64,000 nucleotides of DNA from an uncultured Spirochaetia bacterium. GTDB lineage: Bacteria > Desulfobacterota_D > UBA1144 > Nemesobacterales > JADFKM01. Below, in pieces: positions 52,287 through 60,076 of this stretch. Numbering within the stretch: position 1 is the first letter of the stretch; each line of letters begins with the position of its first letter. A program made the translations under genes and the position numbers. The DNA lies in assembly GCA_964639895.1 (NCBI GenBank), contig CAZXEJ010000001.1, positions 60,237 through 124,236 on the forward strand. Reading direction: 5' to 3'. The notes under the pieces are model-generated. The model did not search any database. It was not told the origin of the DNA and was given only the letters and a program-made list of their open reading frames with translations.

Positions 52287-53813
52287 ATGAAGAGACTCCA
52301 TCTGCTTACGACCGCCGCACTACTAGCCGGCATGCTTGCCGCCCTACCACTCCATGCCCAAGAACCCCCGGCCGGGAGAGCCTACGAGACCCGCCTCAAC
52401 AAGGCTTTGGCGGCCTACTACCGGCACAACTACGAGCAGGCGGCCTCGCTGCTCGAGACGCTGCTCGAGGCCAATCCCGACGATGTCGCCGCTACCCACT
52501 ACATGGGGCTAGTGCTCTACAAGTTTGGCCGCTACGACGAGGCTATCGGATTTCTCGAGCGGGCTCGTCGACTCGATCCGTCGCTTCCCGCGATAGAGCT
52601 AGACATAGGTCTTGCGCGCCTCAAGCAGGGACACTACGAGGAGGCCCTCGAGGCACTTCGGCACGCACAGAAAAAGCTTCCCGCAAGCGGATTCGTGGCG
52701 TTCAATATCGGCTACACGCTGTTTCTCCTAGACCGCTACGAGGAAGCCTTGGTCGAGCTACGCCGGGCGCGGCGACTGGACGCCGATTTCAGCGTCCCAT
52801 CGCTCTTCTACGAAGGGCTCTCCCTATATCACCTCGGCCGCTACCCCTCAGCGCTGGCCACGCTCCGCGACGTCCGCCGCCGGGGTGCAGGAACACCGTT
52901 CGGCATTTCCGCCGCTAGCTACATCGCCACACTCGAGCTGCTGACCAAGCCCTACTACGGCGCCCTTTCCACAGGTTACCAGTTCGACACCAATGTCGTC
53001 CTTGAGCCTGACGCGATCGAGATAACCGACGAGCAGGACAGCCGCTGGTTTGCAAACTTCACCGTCGCCTGGAGGCCCGTGCTCAAGGACGACTACGAGC
53101 TCAAGGCCTCCTGGAACACATACTTCTCCCTCCACGCCGACATCGAGCAGCTTAACCTGCAGGCCCATCGCTTCGACATCACCAGCACCAAACGCACCAC
53201 CCTCGGCCGCTACCCGGCGGCCTTCACCTTCAACTACTTCTACAACTTCGTCCTCGTCGACGGTTCCCCGGCCGACGAGCTGTTCTCCCAGACGCACGCC
53301 GTCTCACAGTCGTTGAGCGTCGCCTGGGCCAAGCACATCTCGACCGAGGTGGCGGCCGAGCTTCGCTTCGACAACTTCAAGGAGTTCCCCGAGCGTGACG
53401 CCGTCCGGGCTACTTTCACCGTTGCCGAATCCATCCTGCTGAGGCGGGGGCTCACGCTGCTGCGCCCCGGTGTGACGGCATCGTTCAACTTCGCAGACGA
53501 TATCGCTGGCAGGCGCAACTTCGACCAGGCCCTGGGCGGTGTGTTCATCGAGACCACTTCCTACATGCCGTGGGAGCTCACCCTGTTCGCCCGCCTACAC
53601 TACTACGCCGCTTCCTATTACAACGACCCCTTCGACAGGGTGGACAACCAGCTCGGCCTCAAGGTGGTCGTCTCACGCAGGCTCTACCGGACGGTCTCGC
53701 TCGACCTCGGCTGGGAGAACGTCTCCAACTTCTCCAGCAGCGACTTTCCCGGCCCCGAGCCGTTCGAATATTTCCGCAACATCTTCTCGGCCACTTTGTC
53801 CGCACGTTTTTAG
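52287..53813 (+). CDS. outer-membrane protein with N-terminal TPR domain and C-terminal beta-barrel (Slam/DUF560-like architecture)
   Basis: 508 aa. Signal peptide MKRLHLLTTAALLAGMLAALPLHA. About 6 TPR-like repeats in residues 30-230. The C-terminal ~280 aa show alternating amphipathic beta-strand patterning and end in ..ATLSARF, the aromatic terminal residue typical of an OMP beta-signal. Confidence 0.7.
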   Translation: MKRLHLLTTAALLAGMLAALPLHAQEPPAGRAYETRLNKALAAYYRHNYEQAASLLETLLEANPDDVAATHYMGLVLYKFGRYDEAIGFLERARRLDPSLPAIELDIGLARLKQGHYEEALEALRHAQKKLPASGFVAFNIGYTLFLLDRYEEALVELRRARRLDADFSVPSLFYEGLSLYHLGRYPSALATLRDVRRRGAGTPFGISAASYIATLELLTKPYYGALSTGYQFDTNVVLEPDAIEITDEQDSRWFANFTVAWRPVLKDDYELKASWNTYFSLHADIEQLNLQAHRFDITSTKRTTLGRYPAAFTFNYFYNFVLVDGSPADELFSQTHAVSQSLSVAWAKHISTEVAAELRFDNFKEFPERDAVRATFTVAESILLRRGLTLLRPGVTASFNFADDIAGRRNFDQALGGVFIETTSYMPWELTLFARLHYYAASYYNDPFDRVDNQLGLKVVVSRRLYRTVSLDLGWENVSNFSSSDFPGPEPFEYFRNIFSATLSARF

Positions 53814-53842
53814 CATTATATTTAACGGTTAGGAGGGCGTAA

Positions 53843-54691
53843 GTGCGTAACTCATCCGTCCTGGCTTCGGCTGGGGTGATAGTGTGTATTATCCTCTGCG
53901 TCGCAACCGCTGGGCGCGCCCACGCCCAACAGCGGGGAGACGCCGTGGGTGTGGTCACGGTGACCGTGGGCGCCGTATCGGTGGAGAGCAACGGCCTCGT
54001 GGAGCGCGTGGTGCCGGGCTCCGCCGTCTACGTGGGAGACGTCTTCAGGACGGGTGAGGACTCGGCGCTCAACATCATGCTCGACGACGACACGTTGCTC
54101 ACACTGGGCGCCGACGCTGAATTGGAGATCACTCGGTTCATCTACAACCCCGCGGCCGAGAGGAACTCGACGTTCAGGGTGCTGAAAGGCATCCTCAAGG
54201 CCGTCGTGGAGAGATTCGCCGCGGGCCCCTCGGAAGTGAGGTTTGTGACGCCGCGCGGTGTGGCCGGCATAAAGGGTACCGTGCTGTATGTCGACGCCGA
54301 CCGCGGTGTGTTCTACGTATTGGAGGGTACGGTGCATGTACGGGGCACCGCCCCCCAAGCCGCCGAGGTGGTGCTTACGAGCGGCACCTATACGGTGATC
54401 CCCGAAGGAGGTTCGCCCTCCAGTCCGGCCGCGGCAGACGACGAACTGAGAGAGGGCTTCGAGAAGGCCACACACGTCGAGCCGACGCCCGGTGCTCAAG
54501 ACCCCTCGAGGGAGGAAGACTACCCCGGCAGCGAGGCGGGCGACGACTATTCCAAGACGTTCGAGGGCGGAAGCGCCGGCTGGCTCGCAAGCAACCTTCC
54601 GCTGAGGCCGCCCGTGGACCTGTTGCCGAGCGTGGACGTACACAACAGGGCGCTGGTCGAGGTGGTGATACCCACGCCGCCCGGACCCTGA
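53843..54691 (+). CDS. FecR-domain protein (secreted/periplasmic)
   Basis: 282 aa. GTG start 10 nt after an AGGAGGG Shine-Dalgarno. Signal peptide, then a FecR-like region (VGVVTVTVGAVSVESNGLVERVVPGSAVYVGDVFRTGEDSALNIMLDDDTLLTLGADAELEI). Confidence 0.7.
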   Translation: MRNSSVLASAGVIVCIILCVATAGRAHAQQRGDAVGVVTVTVGAVSVESNGLVERVVPGSAVYVGDVFRTGEDSALNIMLDDDTLLTLGADAELEITRFIYNPAAERNSTFRVLKGILKAVVERFAAGPSEVRFVTPRGVAGIKGTVLYVDADRGVFYVLEGTVHVRGTAPQAAEVVLTSGTYTVIPEGGSPSSPAAADDELREGFEKATHVEPTPGAQDPSREEDYPGSEAGDDYSKTFEGGSAGWLASNLPLRPPVDLLPSVDVHNRALVEVVIPTPPGP

Positions 54692-54716
54692 GGGCGCCGC
54701 GACAGAGTGAGGAGAG

Positions 54717-55628
54717 ATGACGAAACAGCAACGCCATACCCAAGGGCCGGCGCAAGGGGCCGAGATCCAAACCGTACCATGTAGTTTCGCGGCCTACGCC
54801 GTAAAGACCGCTCTGCTCATTCTCGTCTTCGCCGCCGCGGCCTCATGCGGCGGGGGGGGCACCGACACGGCCACCATCACCGTGATGACGGAGTTTCCCC
54901 ACGCCCCTGCCGTGGGGGTGACATCGGCGGAATCGAGTGCTTCCACGCTGGGAATCGATACCGTCTCGCTCAGCGTGCTCGGGCCCGACATGGAAGAGAT
55001 ACGGCGCACCTTCTCCGCACCCGGTCTTGATTCGGCGGGCGAAGCCGTCTTTGCAAGGATATTCCTCTTCGTCCCCGTGGGCCCCGACAGGGTATTCCGA
55101 GTGGTCCTCTCTGACGAGGGAGGACGTACCGTGTTCACGGGGTCGGCGACCTCAGACATCGAGCCCGGGCACAACGTGGTGGTCATACCGCTCAGGCCAA
55201 AGGACTGCGCCGACGGCCTTGACGACGATTTCAACGGCCTGATCGACTGCGCCGACGTCGTAAGCTGCGAGGGACAACCGTGCGATCAATCTGACATGAG
55301 AAAGATATGTATCGAAGGGGCGTGTGAGCTGCCGCCGGAGGCGTCCGGGCCGCCGGTTCCGGCCCCTCCCTCGGCGGGCGGCGAGGAGAACTGCGCCAAC
55401 GGCATTGACGACGACGGAGACGGGTTCACCGACTGCCAGGACACGTGGGACTGCGCCGGCAGGCTGTGTCTCGACGAAGACGAGACCGCCGGATCCTGCG
55501 ATCCAACTACTTCGAGCTGCGTAGTACCGGAAACCCAGCCCACCCCGGTGCCCATACCGAGCGGACCCCCGATGCCCACTCCATCTCCGTCACCCACGTT
55601 CTCGCCGCCTCCGCCTCCGCTGGGTTGA
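54717..55628 (+). CDS. lipoprotein with Cys/Asp-rich calcium-binding-like repeats and Pro-rich tail
   Basis: 303 aa. TM/signal plus lipobox (AAAASC). Two repeats CADGLDDDFNGLIDCADVVSC and CANGIDDDGDGFTDCQDTWDCAG, resembling thrombospondin-type-3-like DxDxDG motifs. C-terminus PTPVPIPSGPPMPTPSPSPTFSPPPPPLG. Confidence 0.65.
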   Translation: MTKQQRHTQGPAQGAEIQTVPCSFAAYAVKTALLILVFAAAASCGGGGTDTATITVMTEFPHAPAVGVTSAESSASTLGIDTVSLSVLGPDMEEIRRTFSAPGLDSAGEAVFARIFLFVPVGPDRVFRVVLSDEGGRTVFTGSATSDIEPGHNVVVIPLRPKDCADGLDDDFNGLIDCADVVSCEGQPCDQSDMRKICIEGACELPPEASGPPVPAPPSAGGEENCANGIDDDGDGFTDCQDTWDCAGRLCLDEDETAGSCDPTTSSCVVPETQPTPVPIPSGPPMPTPSPSPTFSPPPPPLG

Positions 55629-55763
55629 ATGCGCAGTAGACACCCCTCTTCGGGCCGACGTCGAGCGCGTGAGCACGTCCAAAGTGGAGGGAGACGCAGG
55701 GGACGAATCAGGCGCGCTCCTATCGGGAAGACGCGCGAAAACAACAGGAGAACGAGCGTGACG

Positions 55764-57284
55764 ATGGCGACAAAGCTGTCGAGAACGAGAACCCAGACGC
55801 AGGTAGAGAAGCTGAACGCCCTCTTGGAGATAGGCAAGTGTCTGGCCTCGGAAAGGGACCTCGACAAGCTGCTTGAGATGATCGCCCGCGAAGTCACCCA
55901 CGTCACGAACGCCGACAGGAGCACCATCTTCGTAGTGGACCGTGAGAAGGGCGAGCTCTGGTCCCGGATAGCGCAGAACCTGGAGATCACCGAGATAAGG
56001 ATGCCGATCGACCGCGGAATCGCCGGTTACGTGGCGACGAGCGGCGAGATCGTAAACGTCGCCGACGCCTACAAGGACCCGCGTTTCAACACCGAGGTGG
56101 ACCAGCTCACCGGCTACAAGACGCACTCCCTTCTGTGCGCCCCCATGGTTACGCGTGAGAACGACATCATCGGCGTCATCGAGGTCCTGAACAAGCACGG
56201 CGGGCCGTTCACGGCCGAGGACGAGGAGATACTGCTCGCCTTCGCAGGCGAGGCGGCCGTGGCCGTCGAGAACGCCCTGCTCTATGAACAGATAGAGCTG
56301 ATAATGGAAAGCTTCATCGGCGCAGCCGTCTACGCCATCGAGTCCCGAGACCCCACCACGTCGGGCCACTCGGCCCGCGTGGCCGCCTACACGCTCAGCC
56401 TGGCAAAAGCCGTCAACGAAATCACCACCGGACCGCTGGCCGACGTCAACTTCACCCCAAGGGAACTGAAGGCCCTGAGATACGCCTGCTTGCTGCATGA
56501 CTTCGGCAAGATCGGCGTCAGGGAAGCCGTGCTGCTGAAATCCAACAAGCTGTACGAACACGAGCTGGAGCTGCTGCTCATGCGGTTCCGGCTGATAAAG
56601 CGCAGCATCGAGGCCGACATACTGAAGAAGAAGCTCGAGATATTGCAGAGCGGCACCGGCGACGCCGACGACGCCCTTGCCAGGCTGGACGAAGAAATCG
56701 ACCGGGAGTTTCGCAAGATAGACGACTACCTGAAGTTCATACTAGAGTGTAACAAACCCACCACCACGCCACGGGACAACTTCGCCAAGCTGCGCCACAT
56801 AGCGCAACAGACCTACACCGACGTCGACGGCGCGCAGAAACCCTATCTGACGCAGTACGAGCTGGAGAGCCTCTCGATCGAGGTAGGCAGCCTGCGCCAG
56901 CACGAGCGCCTCGAGGTGGAGTCGCACGTAACCCAGACGGTGAACTTCCTGAAGAAGATCCCCTGGACGAAGGACCTCAAGGACATAGCCCTCATAGCCG
57001 GACGCCACCACGAGCGGCTGGACGGCTCCGGCTACCCGGACCAGTTGGATGGCCGGCACATCCCCTATCAGACGCGCATGATGATGATAGCCGACATATA
57101 CGACTCGCTCACGGCCATGGACAGGCCCTACAAGAAGACCTTCACGCCCGCCAAGGCCCTGGAGGTCCTCAAAGAGGAGGCAAGAAAGAACAAGATCGAC
57201 GGCGACCTGCTCAAGGTGTTCATCGAGGCCGAGATATACAAGAAGGGACTCGATCAGACTCCGCTGCCTGGTACGAAGCCATAG
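55764..57284 (+). CDS. GAF domain-containing HD-GYP phosphohydrolase (candidate c-di-GMP phosphodiesterase)
   Basis: Start MATKLSRT. GAF domain (ASERDLDKLLEMIAREV...). HD domain (HSARVAAY..LLHDFGKIG) with HHERLDGSGYP, the HD-GYP signature. Confidence 0.9.
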   Translation: MATKLSRTRTQTQVEKLNALLEIGKCLASERDLDKLLEMIAREVTHVTNADRSTIFVVDREKGELWSRIAQNLEITEIRMPIDRGIAGYVATSGEIVNVADAYKDPRFNTEVDQLTGYKTHSLLCAPMVTRENDIIGVIEVLNKHGGPFTAEDEEILLAFAGEAAVAVENALLYEQIELIMESFIGAAVYAIESRDPTTSGHSARVAAYTLSLAKAVNEITTGPLADVNFTPRELKALRYACLLHDFGKIGVREAVLLKSNKLYEHELELLLMRFRLIKRSIEADILKKKLEILQSGTGDADDALARLDEEIDREFRKIDDYLKFILECNKPTTTPRDNFAKLRHIAQQTYTDVDGAQKPYLTQYELESLSIEVGSLRQHERLEVESHVTQTVNFLKKIPWTKDLKDIALIAGRHHERLDGSGYPDQLDGRHIPYQTRMMMIADIYDSLTAMDRPYKKTFTPAKALEVLKEEARKNKIDGDLLKVFIEAEIYKKGLDQTPLPGTKP

Positions 57285-57360
57285 CAGCCCCCGTCTGACG
57301 GCCGCGGCCGGTGGCGACGGCATCTCGTCCCACCCCCGTGGGGGGACAGGGCCACAGGGT

Positions 57361-57891
57361 CTAACGTCCCCTGCCCAGCAACCTTTCCACGAACCTCCTT
57401 CTCCGATGACGCTCCCGTTCAAGCTCGATGAGCAGCCGCTGAGGCTCGATATCCAGGTAGCGGGAGATCGATTCCACCGTCACCTCTCCCAGGGAAGCGA
57501 CGGCGGGATCGATACGCCTGAGCTCGTGGTAGAGAAGGCGCAATTCGAGCCCTAAGGAGTCGTCGCCCTCGTAGATACCCTCGGGCTCGGCGGCCTCCTG
57601 GAGGGAGTGGTCGTCCATTTCTTCCAGTTCACTCTGGGTTAGCGTGCGAATGTAGATCTTCACGTCCATCTTCGTCAGCTCTTCGGCCAGCTCTTCGGTG
57701 TCGCGTCCGAGCTCGTTGGCAAGACTGTTGAGATCCACTAGGTTCAGCGCAGATTTTCTGTACGATCTGGCGGCGGACTCAACCACTATCTTCCCTTTAC
57801 GAATCCAGTCTCTGAGCGTAGACTCCGGAATGACCAGGGTCCTACTCACCTCCGCAAGGGGGACCAACGGCCTGTGGACCAAATATTTCAT
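57361..57891 (-). CDS. hypothetical DNA-binding protein with N-terminal MerR/excisionase-type helix-turn-helix
   Basis: 176 aa. LVPLAEVSRTLVIPESTLRDWIRKGKI matches the HTH_17/MerR-like fold. Acidic central region and basic C-terminus. Confidence 0.6.
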   Translation of the reverse strand: MKYLVHRPLVPLAEVSRTLVIPESTLRDWIRKGKIVVESAARSYRKSALNLVDLNSLANELGRDTEELAEELTKMDVKIYIRTLTQSELEEMDDHSLQEAAEPEGIYEGDDSLGLELRLLYHELRRIDPAVASLGEVTVESISRYLDIEPQRLLIELERERHRRRRFVERLLGRGR

Positions 57892-57959
57892 CTGACCTAC
57901 CCCACATTTAAATGCCTACTTCACCCATCCGGTATCCTGAGAGCGCATGCTCCACCGCC

Positions 57960-58002
57960 GATCCTCTTTATACTTGCTCTCGTAATAAGTATAAAGAGGA
58001 TC
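57960..58002. promoter_or_regulatory. perfect 16-bp inverted repeat (GATCCTCTTTATACTT-N11-AAGTATAAAGAGGATC)
   Basis: Read directly from the sequence. AT-rich palindrome about 70 bp upstream of the HTH gene start. No T-run follows, so it is not a typical intrinsic terminator. Confidence 0.35.
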
Positions 58003-58639
58003 CAAGCGTAGTGTACCACTGCCGCTTCAGATACATTCGTCAGGGTTCGTATATTCTAAATTAAAGTTGCACTACCTACAATTCCCAAAATGGTACCACT
58101 CACGGCCGTCGTAGATGGGACTCGGCTCATACCCCCCACCCTCTACGGGGAAGGGGCCGCCAGACCGTCACCCGAACCCCTTTCTCCGGCTACACGACCC
58201 CCACGGCCGGAGACACCCCACCGCAACACGGGGCCAATCGCCCGTGAAGAGAGGAAGCGGCGGGTGCGACGGTAACGTAAGGCGAATCGGGGCTAGATGA
58301 TCTTGCAGCCTCGCGCAAGGACCAACCACTATTCGCACGGCATCCGGCAACGGCGGGATGGCAGCGTCCCAGGGTGTTGTGTCGCGCTACTCCCCTACCT
58401 CCCCATTCAGCTCAAAAGCGCGGCCCGATCTGCCGGAAAGACGACCGCGAGATCCCTCCCCCCTGGCCCGTCGCCCCATCCGCACCGACCACGCACACAC
58501 CACACGGCCCGACACCCATACAACACGGGTCCGCTCCGCTTCACCCCCCTCAAGACTCCGTCCCTCCTTCTCCGGACCGCCGCGGCTCGGCTGTGGTATA
58601 TTGTAGTTTGACTCGCACACCATCAGGGAGGGAGTAGAA

Positions 58640-59023
58640 GTGCTCTACACCGTGCAATCGGACAAGCCGCTCGACCAACTTTCCCGCGATCTCGAAGAAG
58701 CCGTACAGCGCAACAAGTTCGGTATCGTGGGAGTACACGACCTCAAGGAGACGATGCAGAAGAAAGGGGTCGATTTCAAGCCCAGATGCCTGATATACGA
58801 AGTCTGCAATCCCCACCAGGCAAAGCGGGTGCTCGAAGCCGATATGGAGATCTCGACCGCCCTTCCGTGCCGCATATCGCTCTACGAAGAGGGGACCAAG
58901 TCGGCACTCTCAACGATCAAGCCCACGGCCATGCTCGCGCTCTTCGGAAAGGAGGAGCTAGAGGCGGTGGCGCGAGAGGTCGAAGAGACCGTCATACGGA
59001 TAATGAACGAAGCGGCCCGGTGA
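58640..59023 (+). CDS. DUF302 domain protein
   Basis: 127 aa. GTG start preceded by GGGAGGGA and a TATATT -10. The MLYTVQSDKPLDQL...FGIVGVHDL...CNPHQAKRVLE pattern is typical of DUF302. Confidence 0.8.
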   Translation: MLYTVQSDKPLDQLSRDLEEAVQRNKFGIVGVHDLKETMQKKGVDFKPRCLIYEVCNPHQAKRVLEADMEISTALPCRISLYEEGTKSALSTIKPTAMLALFGKEELEAVAREVEETVIRIMNEAAR

Positions 59024-59028
59024 GGGCT

Positions 59029-59742
59029 TCAGACTATCCCCCGAAGGAAGTACCCTATCAAGTAGGCCAGCACCGCCGCGACGGTGCCGATGACAAACGT
59101 CTCGAAACCGGAACGCCACCAGGGCTTGAGCGACCATGCGCTCTTGGCCGAGCCTATGGCGAAGAACACCAGGGCCGTGAACACGCCGGACAGCTCGAAG
59201 GGATGCGGAAGGCCCAGCAAATAGGGCAACAGGGGCACAAGCCCGCATACGAAGAAGGAGCTGAACGTACTGGCGGCCGCAAGCAGGGGCGAGCGTATCT
59301 CGAGCGGCAGGCCGTACTCTTCGGTGAGCATCGTTCTTATCCACAGTTCCCGGTCGGATGTGATTACTTCCACCACCCGCTCTAGTTCCTCGCCCTCGAA
59401 TCCCTTGGAACGGTAGATCTGCCGCACCTCTTCCCTTTCCCCGTCGGGATGGGTATCGATGTGTCTGCGCTCCCTCTCACGAAGGTGTTCCTTCTCCTCG
59501 GTCTCGGTCTTGGTACCGGAGTAGTTGCTTGCAGCCATGGAGAAACCGTCGGCCAGAAGGTTGGCGAAACCCAGTATGATGACGACGGCGGGGGTGAGAT
59601 CGGCCCCGTTGACGCCGGCCACGACGGCGAACGTCGTCACGGCGCCGTCGATACCACCATAGACCCAGTCGCGCAGGTAACTCAGCCGAGGCCCTTGGGA
59701 AAGCCTCTCACGTATGGCTTCAGGGGTGTGGTCGTGCTCCAT
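59029..59742 (-). CDS. VIT1/CCC1 family iron/manganese transporter
   Basis: 237 aa. N-terminal cytoplasmic region (LRDWVYGGIDGAVTTFAVVAG), an acidic metal-binding helix region (EEKEHLRERERRHIDTHPDGEREE), and C-terminal TM helices. Confidence 0.85.
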   Translation of the reverse strand: MEHDHTPEAIRERLSQGPRLSYLRDWVYGGIDGAVTTFAVVAGVNGADLTPAVVIILGFANLLADGFSMAASNYSGTKTETEEKEHLRERERRHIDTHPDGEREEVRQIYRSKGFEGEELERVVEVITSDRELWIRTMLTEEYGLPLEIRSPLLAAASTFSSFFVCGLVPLLPYLLGLPHPFELSGVFTALVFFAIGSAKSAWSLKPWWRSGFETFVIGTVAAVLAYLIGYFLRGIV

Positions 59743-60076
59743 GACGTATCGGCGGAGAGACGGCGAATCCTATGGAATCTAACACAGAGCGGCCGAGCTG
59801 TCCACAAGAATTCCTTGCATTCCTTCCTCGTAGTTCTACTATAATAGTAATAGAACCGTAATCGAGGGGTGAGTCTCGTTCACTGACCGATCGTCGGCCT
59901 TATGACGCATCTGAGCGAAATCCTACCAGCACATGCATCCGGCGGTGGTTGCCGCCGCGCACCACATATTACGCGCAGCCACCCACACTCCCTTCAGCTC
60001 CGCAGCACGTAGCATCCATCACCTCCAACACACCCTCTACGGGCTCACCCCGTAGCAGAGGCGGAGGTGAAACCAG

